From assembly GCA_026391475.1 (NCBI GenBank), contig JAPLED010000129.1, positions 95,902 to 159,901 of the forward strand: a stretch of DNA of 64,000 nucleotides, read 5' to 3'. Shown here one piece after another: positions 19,566 to 29,017 of this stretch (the first letter of the stretch is position 1; each line of letters opens with the position of its first letter). The notes beneath the pieces were generated by a model. That model was not told where the DNA came from. It ran no database searches and was given only the letters and a program-made list of their open reading frames with translations. The DNA is from Bacteroidia bacterium. Lineage in GTDB: Bacteria; Bacteroidota; Bacteroidia; Bacteroidales; VadinHA17. A program made the position numbers and the translations under genes.

Positions 19566-19628
19566 GTCGGAAGTCAGAAGACAGAAGCCAGAAGACAAAA
19601 TCTTCGGTCTTCCGACTTCGGTCTTCCA
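19566..19628 (+). repeat. 7-nt-periodic inverted repeat (GAAG-NNN x5 / CTTC-NNN x4) forming a long interrupted hairpin
   Basis: gtcggaa gtcagaa gacagaa gccagaa gacaaaa | tcttcgg tcttccg acttcgg tcttcca. By hand, 20 of 28 arm positions pair, in 4-bp GAAG/CTTC blocks. Confidence 0.8.
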
Positions 19629-19669
19629 ACTGATTAATTACAGAAGTATTTATAAATATAAAAATAATC

Positions 19670-20905
19670 ATGGTTAATTTTTTTGATGACAAAATATCAG
19701 AAAGGCTTGGCGGTGTCAACTTTGGAAAATCAGCAACGATATACAAATTTGAGCTTATTAAAAGAGCAAAAGCAGCGGCAAAAAAAGCACACCCCGAATC
19801 AGGCTTAATTGACATGGGGGTTGGAGAGCCAGATTGGCCCGCCGATCATCTGGTAGTAAAAGTTTTATCAGAAGAAGCCGGAAAACCTGAAAACAGATGG
19901 TATGCAGATAACGGAATTCCTGAATTTCAGGAAGCCGCAGCTCGTTACCTTGAAAAGGTATATGGGCTTTCAGGTTTAATACCGTCAGAACATATTATTC
20001 ATGGTATAGGATCAAAACCGGTACTTGCAATGCTTCCAATATGTTTTATTAATCCCGGTGATATTTTACTTACGACAGTTCCTGGTTACCCGGTCACAGC
20101 AACTTATACAAAATATCTTGGCGGCGAAGTATTCAACCTGCCATTACTGGAATTAAACTCATTTTTGCCAGACTTAAGCACAATACCTCAACCAATTTTA
20201 AAAAGAGCTAAGCTGCTATATCTGAATTATCCAAATAATCCAACAGGTGCTGTGGCAACTATTGAATTCTTTACGCAAGTAGTTGATTTTGCTAAGAAGA
20301 ACAATATTATCGTCATTCATGATGCTCCTTACAGTGCATTAACATACGATGGATACAAACCCCTTAGTTTTCTTTCTATTAAAGGAGCAATGGATGTTGG
20401 AATAGAAGTCCATTCATTATCAAAGGCTTTTAATATGACGGGATGGAGAATAGGTTTTGTTTGTGGAAACAGTAAAGCGATAAAAGCTTATGCAACTGTA
20501 AAAGATAATACGGATTCAGGGCAGTTCAGAGCAATTCAAAAGGCAGCTATTCAGGCATTAAGGCATACGGAAATAACAGATAAAACGATAATAAAATACT
20601 CAAGAAGGTTCGATCTGCTGGTAGATGCTTTAAATGATTTAGGATTTGACGCTAAAAAGCCGAAAGGATCATTTTACTGTTATGTAAAAGCTCCTATCGG
20701 TACGGAAAGTGGTAAAGTTTTTAATTCAGCGACTGAATTTTCCGAATTTCTTATACATGAATCATTAATATCTACTGTTCCCTGGGACGACGCCGGGAAA
20801 TTTATCCGATTCTCAGTAACCTTTGAGGCAGATTCATTTCAAAAAGAAATAGAAGTTATTAATGAAATGAAAGAGAGGATGAAAATATTAAAATTAAAAT
20901 TCTGA
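19670..20905 (+). CDS. class I/II PLP-dependent aminotransferase (LL-diaminopimelate aminotransferase-like)
   Basis: 411 aa. NYPNNPTG and PLP-lysine motif SLSKAFNMTGWRIG. Confidence 0.7.
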   Translation: MVNFFDDKISERLGGVNFGKSATIYKFELIKRAKAAAKKAHPESGLIDMGVGEPDWPADHLVVKVLSEEAGKPENRWYADNGIPEFQEAAARYLEKVYGLSGLIPSEHIIHGIGSKPVLAMLPICFINPGDILLTTVPGYPVTATYTKYLGGEVFNLPLLELNSFLPDLSTIPQPILKRAKLLYLNYPNNPTGAVATIEFFTQVVDFAKKNNIIVIHDAPYSALTYDGYKPLSFLSIKGAMDVGIEVHSLSKAFNMTGWRIGFVCGNSKAIKAYATVKDNTDSGQFRAIQKAAIQALRHTEITDKTIIKYSRRFDLLVDALNDLGFDAKKPKGSFYCYVKAPIGTESGKVFNSATEFSEFLIHESLISTVPWDDAGKFIRFSVTFEADSFQKEIEVINEMKERMKILKLKF

Positions 20906-20915
20906 AACAGGTGAG

Positions 20916-20931
20916 TAACTTCGCGAAGTTA
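20916..20931. terminator. perfect 16-bp palindrome just after the aminotransferase stop (possible hairpin terminator or operator)
   Basis: taacttcgcgaagtta. No U-tract follows. Confidence 0.3.
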
Positions 20932-20957
20932 ATGGTTGTTAATAATTGATTTTATGT

Positions 20958-20965
20958 TAATTTTG
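20958..20965 (+). promoter_or_regulatory. TAnnTTTG -7 box upstream of the GT2 gene
   Basis: taattttg, 27 nt upstream of the ATG at 20992. Confidence 0.45.
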
Positions 20966-20991
20966 GACACAATCCTAATTGAAGTTGATTT

Positions 20992-21756
20992 ATGCCTGAA
21001 ATATCTGCAGTTATTATAACCTATAACGAAGAGCTGTTCATTGATAAATGTCTTGCTTCAATAGATGGGATTGCAGATGAGATAGTTGTAGTTGATTCAT
21101 TTTCCACAGATGCGACTGAAGAAATATGCAAAAAATATAAAGTGCGGTTTGTAAAACATGCATTTGAAGGATACCGGGACCAAAAGAATTATGCTCTTCA
21201 ACTTGCCACACATAAAAATATACTTTCTCTTGATGCTGATGAAGCTTTGAGTGACAAGCTCAGAGAGTCTATACTTGCTATTAAAGATAAATGGGAATAT
21301 GATGGTTATCTGTTTAACAGGCGAAATAACTTTTGTGGAAAGTGGATCCGGCATTCGCAATGGTACCCCGACAGACAGTTGAGACTTTTTTATTCCGACA
21401 AAGGGCAATTTGGAGAACTTAATCTCCATGAGAAATTTATTATGTCAAATGGAGCTAAAGTTGGCAAGCTGAAAGGCGATCTGCTTCACTGGCCTTTTAT
21501 TTCCCACCAGGATCATATTGATAAAATGAAGAAATATTCACTAATTGGTGCCGGAGAGTTTTATAAAGCCGGGAGAAAGGCCAGTCTGTTCACTCCATAT
21601 ATCCATCTCATTTGGGGGTTTTTCAGATCATATATTATCAGAGTAGGTTTCCTTGACGGTTATGACGGATTTTTGATCTGCTCCTTATATGCAAAATCCA
21701 CCTTCAATAAGTACAAGAAGTTGAGGGTTCTCAACAAGAACGGAGTTTCACAGTAA
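20992..21756 (+). CDS. glycosyltransferase family 2 protein
   Basis: 254 aa. N-terminal SAVIITYNEE and DxD-type LSLDADE motifs. Confidence 0.8.
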   Translation: MPEISAVIITYNEELFIDKCLASIDGIADEIVVVDSFSTDATEEICKKYKVRFVKHAFEGYRDQKNYALQLATHKNILSLDADEALSDKLRESILAIKDKWEYDGYLFNRRNNFCGKWIRHSQWYPDRQLRLFYSDKGQFGELNLHEKFIMSNGAKVGKLKGDLLHWPFISHQDHIDKMKKYSLIGAGEFYKAGRKASLFTPYIHLIWGFFRSYIIRVGFLDGYDGFLICSLYAKSTFNKYKKLRVLNKNGVSQ

Positions 21757-21766
21757 TTTTATTTGA

Positions 21767-22336
21767 ATGATCTTCGATGAAGATATAAAAGAATCTCTGA
21801 TCACCCTGAAAAAGGGTGGTATCATTCTCTTTCCTACAGACACAATATGGGGCCTTGGTTGTGATGCTACCAACCCCTCTGCGATTGAAAAGATCTTTAG
21901 AATAAAATCAAGAAACGACAGTAAAAGTCTGATTATTCTTGTTGACGGTGAACAGATGCTTGATCGTTATGTAAAAGATATCCCGGAAATAGTGTATGAA
22001 CTTACCAGCGTTTCCGATAGTCCCCTCACAATAATCTACCCGACAGGCAAAAATCTGGCAGCCGGTGTTTGTAGTGAGGATGGTTCAGTAGGAATAAGAA
22101 TCTGTCATGATGAATTCTGCCGCGAACTGATAAGTCGGTTCCGGAAACCAATTGTTTCAACCTCAGCCAATTTCAGCGGGAAACCATCACCTGAAAATTT
22201 CAGTGAAATTGAAAAATCTGTCATTGATTCTGCTGATTTTGTTGTAAAACATCGTCAGAATGACCGGCAAAAACATTCTGCATCACCCGTCATTAAAATG
22301 GAACAAAACGGTACAATTAAGATTATAAGGAAATAA
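21767..22336 (+). CDS. tsaC: L-threonylcarbamoyladenylate synthase (YrdC/TsaC type)
   Basis: 189 aa. PTDTIWGLGCDA and STSANFSG motifs. Confidence 0.85.
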   Translation: MIFDEDIKESLITLKKGGIILFPTDTIWGLGCDATNPSAIEKIFRIKSRNDSKSLIILVDGEQMLDRYVKDIPEIVYELTSVSDSPLTIIYPTGKNLAAGVCSEDGSVGIRICHDEFCRELISRFRKPIVSTSANFSGKPSPENFSEIEKSVIDSADFVVKHRQNDRQKHSASPVIKMEQNGTIKIIRK

Positions 22337-22337
22337 T

Positions 22338-23042
22338 CTATTTTGACCTAACCCGTCCTGAGCCTGAAACCCTTACGTCAACCTTTGGATCACCCAGATA
22401 AGTCACATTTCCGCTACCTGAAACACTGGCCCTAAGAGACTCAGTAACATTACAGTTGCAATTACCGCTTCCGGAAATGCTTATTTCAGCTGAACCGATC
22501 TTTAATGGTTCCCCTCTGTAGTTGCCTGATCCGCTGATTGAAATATCTGCTTTGGTTGCATCACCACTTCCCCCAATAATAATATCCCCTGAACCAGAAA
22601 TGCTGCAATTAAGATCAGCGGCCACCACATCCGTTGTAAATAACTTACCGCTGCCACTGACACTTAAATCCAGATTTTCTGCTTTAACAGCATCTTTAAT
22701 CTCTGCCCTCCCTGATCCGGAAACACCCAATCCTTTTATTTCGGGCATCGTAATGTAAATTGTAACTTTTTCATTCATATTAAATCGCCAGTTCTCTTTC
22801 TTAATTACAAGTTTGCCACCGGAGACTTCTGTTACAATATCTCCAAGTAAAGCCTTCTCTCCCTCAAGAACTACTTTAAATTCAGAGCCAAAATTAATGT
22901 AAAGGTCACCGGATACACCAAAGCTTACTCTTGTAAAACCAGATACATCCCTTGTTTCTTTTACAATTGACTGACCGTTCGAAAAACCAGCGGTCAAAGT
23001 CATTGCAACAATAATTACTGATAAAATAATTCCCCTTTTCAT
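22338..23042 (-). CDS. DUF2807 / GIN-domain (adhesin-head-like) secreted protein
   Basis: 234 aa. Signal peptide. Repeated (V/I)SGSG beta-strand units. Confidence 0.7.
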   Translation of the reverse strand: MKRGIILSVIIVAMTLTAGFSNGQSIVKETRDVSGFTRVSFGVSGDLYINFGSEFKVVLEGEKALLGDIVTEVSGGKLVIKKENWRFNMNEKVTIYITMPEIKGLGVSGSGRAEIKDAVKAENLDLSVSGSGKLFTTDVVAADLNCSISGSGDIIIGGSGDATKADISISGSGNYRGEPLKIGSAEISISGSGNCNCNVTESLRASVSGSGNVTYLGDPKVDVRVSGSGRVRSK

Positions 23043-23127
23043 AGTGTTATGATTTTAAATAATTAGATTGATACATGGAAAAGACCTGAATTTTAGTAAA
23101 TAGCTGCACAGAAATGAAATTATTCTG

Positions 23128-23646
23128 TCAGTTAATTTCAGTCAGTCCTTCCGGGATATCCATTATTATATTATTTTTCTTTTTATCGATACTCACGATA
23201 AAATGTTCATGGAAAGGGATAAGGATTTTTTTATTCTCTGGGGAGTAAATATTCAGCAGCCATTGCCCGGGATTTGGAATAACTTCCGTAATTGTTCCAA
23301 GCAAAATATCGTTCTGTATTAAAACTTTATATCCAATGAGGCTCTGAATATCATCTGTATTATTCTCAGCAGGAATACCGGAAGTCAGAAACACACGGCA
23401 GCCGGTAAATTCGCTGATTTTTTCAATTGAGTCGTAACCCTCAAATTTAAGTTTCAGAATATCGGCTCCTGAATACTCCGAATCTGAGATAGAAAAAGGA
23501 ACCGGTCTTCCTTCAATTTCCAGAAAGACCGATTCCATTTGGGGTATATTTTCAGAAAAGATTTTCTCTAACTTAACTGTTACGGCACCCTTGTAGCCGT
23601 TAACTTTTATGATTCGTCCCAGTAATATGTTGCTAATGTAAGCCAT
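23128..23646 (-). CDS. rimM: 16S rRNA processing protein RimM
   Basis: 172 aa. Conserved position directly downstream of rpsP. RimM N-domain plus PRC barrel-like C-terminus. Confidence 0.85.
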   Translation of the reverse strand: MAYISNILLGRIIKVNGYKGAVTVKLEKIFSENIPQMESVFLEIEGRPVPFSISDSEYSGADILKLKFEGYDSIEKISEFTGCRVFLTSGIPAENNTDDIQSLIGYKVLIQNDILLGTITEVIPNPGQWLLNIYSPENKKILIPFHEHFIVSIDKKKNNIIMDIPEGLTEIN

Positions 23647-23674
23647 TGGATCGTTGATCCTTATGACTGCTCAA

Positions 23675-24271
23675 TTACTCCTGGGGCTTATCCTCTGCAA
23701 CCGGTTCTGATGCAGTCTCTTCTGCAACTGGTGCCTGAGCTGGTTCTTCGGCAGGTGCCGCCTCTTCGGCCTGAGCTTCTGCTTTATCTCTTGCTGCTGC
23801 TTTAGCTGCAATATCTGCAGTTCTCTTTGCAAGTTTCGCTGCTCTTGCTTCGTTAACGCGCTTTTCATCCGTAAGCCGTTTTCCTAATTCATCATCCTGA
23901 GATTTTTCAAGACCTGATTTCTTCGCTTCGATTTTTGCTTCGTTCTGCATCATCCACTCTTCAAACCGCTTTGTAGCTTCTGTTTCATCGAATGCACCTT
24001 TTTTAACACCTTCAAAAAGATGCTTTTTAATTAGAACACCTTTATAAGACAGGATAGCTCTACATGTATCTGTAGGTAATGCGCCATTTTGCAGCCAACC
24101 CAACGCTTTATCGAAATCAAGTTCGATAGTTGCCGGATTAGTGAGCGGATTATAAGATCCGATCTTTTCAATATATCTGCCATCCCGTGGCGATCTGCTA
24201 TCTGCAACCACAATGTGGTAGAAGGCCACTTTCTTACGGCCTTTTCTAGCTAATCTGATTTTAACTGCCAT
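23675..24271 (-). CDS. rpsP: 30S ribosomal protein S16 with A/E/K-rich C-terminal extension
   Basis: [35 protein letters not shown]... Confidence 0.93.
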   Translation of the reverse strand: MAVKIRLARKGRKKVAFYHIVVADSRSPRDGRYIEKIGSYNPLTNPATIELDFDKALGWLQNGALPTDTCRAILSYKGVLIKKHLFEGVKKGAFDETEATKRFEEWMMQNEAKIEAKKSGLEKSQDDELGKRLTDEKRVNEARAAKLAKRTADIAAKAAARDKAEAQAEEAAPAEEPAQAPVAEETASEPVAEDKPQE

Positions 24272-24316
24272 TAATTCTTACGCTTTATTATTTAACCTGT
24301 TTTAAAATTGTGGCTG

Positions 24317-24324
24317 CAAAGATA
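24317..24324 (-). promoter_or_regulatory. TAnnTTTG -7 box upstream of rpsP
   Basis: Plus strand caaagata = minus strand tatctttg, 46 nt upstream of the start. Confidence 0.45.
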
Positions 24325-24448
24325 GTAGTAAATTTTAATTGAACAAATGAATAATACTAATTTAGCTATCCGTAGATTCAACCCATTAATGCTTCGGATT
24401 ATTTTTTTATCGAGAGCCGGACTCCTCCAATCATAATCCAATTTTACG

Positions 24449-24456
24449 TATTTTTG
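24449..24456 (+). promoter_or_regulatory. TAnnTTTG -7 box upstream of dnaE
   Basis: tatttttg. Confidence 0.45.
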
Positions 24457-24490
24457 TGAACTGATCAAATTGAATATATTATCTCCATCC

Positions 24491-27400
24491 ATGACAGCAT
24501 TTGCGCACTTACATGTTCATACTCAATACTCTATACTGGATGGAGCATCCAGTATCCCTTTGCTGATCGATAAAGTGAAATCTCTGGGAATGGAAGCTAT
24601 TGCAATTACTGATCATGGTAATATGTTTGGCGTCAAAGAGTTTCACAACAGTGCCACAAAAAAGGGAATAAAACCTGTTATAGGGTGCGAAATTTATGTT
24701 GCGAAAAGATCTATTGAAGATGTCAGTGGAAAAGAGGACCGCTCCGGCGACCATCTTATTCTCCTGGCCAAAAACCTCACAGGATATAAAAACCTGATTA
24801 AACTTGTTTCAATTGCCTGGATCAAAGGCTTTTACTATAAGCCGCGTGTCGACAAGGAGCTTTTAGCAAAATATAAAGAAGGCCTGATAGCTTCCTCAGC
24901 ATGTCTGGCCGGAGAAATTCAGGATGAGATACTTAATGGTACCACATCAGGTGCTGAGGCAGCACTAAAGAGCTATCTTGATATTTTCGGGGAAGATTTT
25001 TACCTCGAGATACAGCGGCACGAGACCTACGATCCCGACGCTGACAGATCTGCCTTTCCCCTTCAGCTGAAAGTTAGCGAGGCTTTTAAAAAATTATCAG
25101 CTAAATATAATGTAAAACTGATTGCCTCAAATGATGTCCATTTTATTAATGCCGAAGATGCTGAAGCTCACGACAGGTTGATATGCATTAATACTGCAAA
25201 AGATATTGACGATCCGAACAGATTAAGATATTCAAAGCAGGAGTATCTTAAAAGTGAAGAAGAGATGCGTGCCATCTTCAGCGATGTTCCTGAAGCTATC
25301 GATAATGTTGCCGGACTGGTCGATAAAATTGAAAAATACAAGCTCGACCATGATCCGATCATGCCTGAATTTGAGTTGCCTGAGGGTTATACCGACAAAG
25401 ACCAGTATCTGCGATTTCTGACTTACAAAGGGGCAGGGGAGAGATGGGGAACACTTACACCAGAGCAGACCGAAAGGCTTGATTTTGAGTTGGAGATGGT
25501 TGCTAAGAAGGGATTTCCGGGATATTTCCTTATCGTTCAGGATTTCCTTCGTGCTGCCAGGGAGATGGGGGTTTCTGTTGGTCCGGGAAGAGGATCCGCT
25601 GCCGGTTCAGCAGTTGCGTTTTGCCTCAGAATCACTGATATGGATCCCATTAAATATGGACTACTGTTCGAGCGTTTTCTGAGCGACGACCGCGTTTCAA
25701 TGCCTGATATTGATATTGATTTTGATGAAGACGGAAGAGAGGCAGTCCTGAAATATGTTGTTGATAAATACGGGCACGATAAGGTAGCTCATATAATCAC
25801 TTTCGGATCAATGGCCGCCAAAATGGCCATCAGGGATGTTGCAAGAGTACAGAAACTTCCTTTACACGATGCTGACAGGCTTGCCAAGCTTGTCCCTGAA
25901 AGGCCGGGGATCACACTCGCTGAGGCCTATGCAGAGGTGCCTGAACTCGCAAAAGAAAAAGAATCTTCGAATAAACTGATTGCACAGACATTAAAATATG
26001 CTCAAGTTCTGGAAGGATCAGTCAGGCAAACGGGAGTTCATGCCTGTGGCATAATAATCGGGAAAGACTCTCTCGACAATTATATCCCGCTATGCACGGC
26101 AAAAGATACTGATCTATATGCAACACAGTACGATGGAAGTCATGTGGAGTCCGTTGGTTTGCTTAAGATGGATTTCCTGGGTTTAAAAACACTCTCCATT
26201 ATAAAAGATGCTATTGAAAATATTAAAAAATCGAAAGAGATAGAGATTAACATCGAAGAAATACCACTTGATGATAAAAAAACTTTTGAACTCTTCAGTA
26301 ACGGTGAAACAACAGGGATCTTCCAGTTTGAATCAACCGGAATGAAGAGATACCTGAAAGATCTTGTGCCAAACAGGTTCGAGGACTTAATAGCCATGAA
26401 TGCCCTCTACCGTCCCGGACCAATGGAATATATTCCAAAGTTCATCAGAAGGAAACATGGAACCGAAAAGATCGACTATCCCATCCCGGTAATGGAGAAA
26501 TATCTTGATGACACCTATGGGATTACGGTTTATCAGGAACAGGTGATGTTACTTTCACAGGAGCTGGCAGGGTTTTCCAAAGGACAAGCTGATTCCCTGA
26601 GAAAAGCCATGGGAAAAAAGAAACGCTCCATAATGGATGAGATGAAGCTGAAGTTTCAGGAGGGTTGTTCAAGGAATGGGTTTGATGAAAATGTCGTAAA
26701 TAAGATCTGGTCCGACTGGGAATCTTTTGCACAATATGCTTTTAATAAATCGCACTCTACCTGTTACGCCCTTGTTGCATTCCAGACAGGTTACCTTAAA
26801 GCCAATTTCCCTGCAGAATATATGGCAGCTGTTCTCAGCCGTAATATAAGTGACATCAAAAAGATCACAACATTTATGGATGAGACCCGCAGGATGGGGA
26901 TGGATGTACTCGGGCCTGATGTTAATGAGAGTAATGTGAAATTCACTGTAAACAAGGATGGAAATATAAGGTTTGGCCTCGGTGCGATTAAAGGAGTTGG
27001 GGAAAGTGCTGTATTGCAGCTGATTGAGGAGAGGGAAAAGAATGGCTTTTATAAGGATATTTATAATCTTGTTGAAAGAGTGAACCTTAACTCATTTAAC
27101 AAGAAAAATCTTGAGGCTATGGCCGTTGCAGGAGCATTTGACTGTTTTCCGTCAATAATCAGGGCACAATATTTTTCTCTCGACACGAGAGGATCGAGCT
27201 TTATCGAAAGCCTGATCAGATACGGGAACAACGCAAAAACTGTTAAGAATTCAAGCCAGCAGTCTCTTTTCGGTGAAACAGGCGGGTTTGATATGGTAAA
27301 ACCGGAACCTGCCCCCTGCCCCGATTGGCCTAAACTGGAAAAGCTTAACAGGGAAAAGGAAGTAATAGGTATCTATCTGTCCTCTCATCCTCTCGATGAT

Positions 27401-27976
27401 TTCAAACTGGAAATCAACACTTTTGCAACCGCAACGCTTGCCGATCTGCAAAATCTTCGCGAATACCTCGAAAGAGATGTTGTCGTTGCAGGAATGGTGA
27501 CAGACACAAAAAACGGGATCGGGAAAAACGGCAAACCTTACGGCTCATTTACACTCCAGGACTATTCCGATTCATTCCGGTTTATGATGTTTGATAAAGA
27601 TTTTATTGAAAACAGTAAGTTTTTTACTATTGGATATTATCTTCTTATTAAGGGAAGAGTACAGAGACGAAAGTATAAAGAAGATGAACTTGAATTAAGG
27701 ATAAAAACAATAAATCTTTTGTCAAGTGTGAAGGATGAGCTTATTAAATCAGTAACGCTTAAGATCAACCCCGGGAATATCAGTAACGAGATGATTAATG
27801 AGCTTAAGGAGCTGATTCATGAAAACAAGGGAGAAACCGAACTGAAATTCCTCTTCCTTGATCCTGATGACAAAATCTCACTCCCTATGTTTTCCAGAAC
27901 CTTCCGTGTGAGGTTGAATAACGAATTAATCTCTTATCTCGATGATCATCCTGGCATTGATTTTAAAGTCAATTAG
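24491..27976 (+). CDS. dnaE: DNA polymerase III alpha subunit
   Basis: About 1160 aa. PHP domain (HLHVHTQYSILDG), polymerase core, C-terminal OB region. The ATG at 24491 is preferred over the TTG at 24470. Confidence 0.93.
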   Translation: MTAFAHLHVHTQYSILDGASSIPLLIDKVKSLGMEAIAITDHGNMFGVKEFHNSATKKGIKPVIGCEIYVAKRSIEDVSGKEDRSGDHLILLAKNLTGYKNLIKLVSIAWIKGFYYKPRVDKELLAKYKEGLIASSACLAGEIQDEILNGTTSGAEAALKSYLDIFGEDFYLEIQRHETYDPDADRSAFPLQLKVSEAFKKLSAKYNVKLIASNDVHFINAEDAEAHDRLICINTAKDIDDPNRLRYSKQEYLKSEEEMRAIFSDVPEAIDNVAGLVDKIEKYKLDHDPIMPEFELPEGYTDKDQYLRFLTYKGAGERWGTLTPEQTERLDFELEMVAKKGFPGYFLIVQDFLRAAREMGVSVGPGRGSAAGSAVAFCLRITDMDPIKYGLLFERFLSDDRVSMPDIDIDFDEDGREAVLKYVVDKYGHDKVAHIITFGSMAAKMAIRDVARVQKLPLHDADRLAKLVPERPGITLAEAYAEVPELAKEKESSNKLIAQTLKYAQVLEGSVRQTGVHACGIIIGKDSLDNYIPLCTAKDTDLYATQYDGSHVESVGLLKMDFLGLKTLSIIKDAIENIKKSKEIEINIEEIPLDDKKTFELFSNGETTGIFQFESTGMKRYLKDLVPNRFEDLIAMNALYRPGPMEYIPKFIRRKHGTEKIDYPIPVMEKYLDDTYGITVYQEQVMLLSQELAGFSKGQADSLRKAMGKKKRSIMDEMKLKFQEGCSRNGFDENVVNKIWSDWESFAQYAFNKSHSTCYALVAFQTGYLKANFPAEYMAAVLSRNISDIKKITTFMDETRRMGMDVLGPDVNESNVKFTVNKDGNIRFGLGAIKGVGESAVLQLIEEREKNGFYKDIYNLVERVNLNSFNKKNLEAMAVAGAFDCFPSIIRAQYFSLDTRGSSFIESLIRYGNNAKTVKNSSQQSLFGETGGFDMVKPEPAPCPDWPKLEKLNREKEVIGIYLSSHPLDDFKLEINTFATATLADLQNLREYLERDVVVAGMVTDTKNGIGKNGKPYGSFTLQDYSDSFRFMMFDKDFIENSKFFTIGYYLLIKGRVQRRKYKEDELELRIKTINLLSSVKDELIKSVTLKINPGNISNEMINELKELIHENKGETELKFLFLDPDDKISLPMFSRTFRVRLNNELISYLDDHPGIDFKVN

Positions 27977-27977
27977 C

Positions 27978-27985
27978 TATCTTTG
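27978..27985 (+). promoter_or_regulatory. TAnnTTTG -7 box upstream of trxA
   Basis: tatctttg. Confidence 0.45.
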
Positions 27986-28025
27986 CAACAGATACTTATA
28001 GGAAATTTTTAAAATATTAATTATT

Positions 28026-28343
28026 ATGGCATTAGAGGTAAATGATGGTAATTTTGATGAATTAGTCATCAAATCAGATAAACCGGTTGTCGTTGACTTC
28101 TGGGCAGAATGGTGTGGCCCATGCAGAATGATTGCCCCTATAATTGAAGAGATATCAAAAGAGTATTCAGGTAAGGCTCTCGTTGTGAAATGCGATGTTG
28201 ATAGCAGTCCTGGTGTTGCTGCCAAATATGGTATCAGGAACATTCCGACAATTCTTTTCTTCAAGGATGGCAAAATAGCCGACAAACAGGTTGGCGCTGC
28301 TCCAAAGAATAGCTTTGTAGCTAAACTTAATGCTCTTATTTAA
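28026..28343 (+). CDS. trxA: thioredoxin
   Basis: 105 aa. WCGPC active site. Confidence 0.93.
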   Translation: MALEVNDGNFDELVIKSDKPVVVDFWAEWCGPCRMIAPIIEEISKEYSGKALVVKCDVDSSPGVAAKYGIRNIPTILFFKDGKIADKQVGAAPKNSFVAKLNALI

Positions 28344-28365
28344 AAGTTAGAATTAATTAATATGA

Positions 28366-28393
28366 CCGTTCGGTTTATCGTAACGGCTTTTTT
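28366..28393 (+). terminator. weak hairpin plus T6 after trxA
   Basis: ccgtt/aacgg 5-bp stem followed by cttttttaa. Confidence 0.4.
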
Positions 28394-28404
28394 AATAATC
28401 GCCC

Positions 28405-28980
28405 ATGACAATTTGTGTGTTTGCCTCTTCCAGCAGCCGCATTAACAGTGAATATGCAACTGCTGCTTCAAACCTTGGATTACTCCTTGCACAGGCTAAA
28501 ATGGATGTAGTATATGGTGGCGGTGGCATCGGCCTGATGGGCAAACTGGCTGATGCTGTTCTTGAAAACGGAGGTACAATTACCGGTGTGATACCCTCTT
28601 TCATGAAGAATGAAGGATGGGATCATTCAAATGTAAAGGAGATGATTTTAACACAGGATATGGGAGAAAGAAAAAAGCGGATGTTTGCAATGGCAGATGC
28701 CGTTGTTGCTTTGCCAGGCGGAGTCGGAACACTTGAAGAGCTGACAGAAGCTATAACCCTGAAACAGCTTGGTCTGTTCAAGGGGCCGATTATCATCCTC
28801 AATACATTGAACTTTTATAAATCATTTATTGATTTTCTTGAACATATGATATCAGGCCATTTCCTAAAATATGAACATAAAGGTATGTGGAAAATTGCCG
28901 AAACTCCCGAAGCGGTTCTGTCTTATCTTTTAAAAAAGGATACATGGCTGCAAGACCCAAGGAGTATTGCAAAAATCTAA
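28405..28980 (+). CDS. LOG family protein (TIGR00730-type nucleotide 5'-monophosphate nucleosidase)
   Basis: 191 aa. GGGGIGLMG and PGGVGTLEE motifs. Confidence 0.85.
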   Translation: MTICVFASSSSRINSEYATAASNLGLLLAQAKMDVVYGGGGIGLMGKLADAVLENGGTITGVIPSFMKNEGWDHSNVKEMILTQDMGERKKRMFAMADAVVALPGGVGTLEELTEAITLKQLGLFKGPIIILNTLNFYKSFIDFLEHMISGHFLKYEHKGMWKIAETPEAVLSYLLKKDTWLQDPRSIAKI

Positions 28981-29017
28981 TTTTCAGGTATTTTTGTATC
29001 TATATATACTACCGTCT

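Noticed and set aside
19514-19669. Lysine riboswitch upstream of the diaminopimelate-aminotransferase-like gene
   Set aside because: The leader is short, AT-rich apart from the heptad hairpin, and shows none of the multi-helix L-box architecture I can recognise. This cannot be fully excluded without a covariance-model scan.
22338-23042. Repetitive SGSG-encoding DNA as a possible DNA-level tandem repeat or phase-variable tract
   Set aside because: The repeats are degenerate at the nucleotide level and correspond to beta-strand units of a DUF2807/GIN-type protein. No identical tandem units that could slip are present.
23671-23868. 65-aa Q/K/R-rich ORF overlapping the 3' end of rpsP in another frame
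   Set aside because: It is an alternative-frame reading of the low-complexity A/E/K-rich S16 C-terminal extension, with no independent start context.
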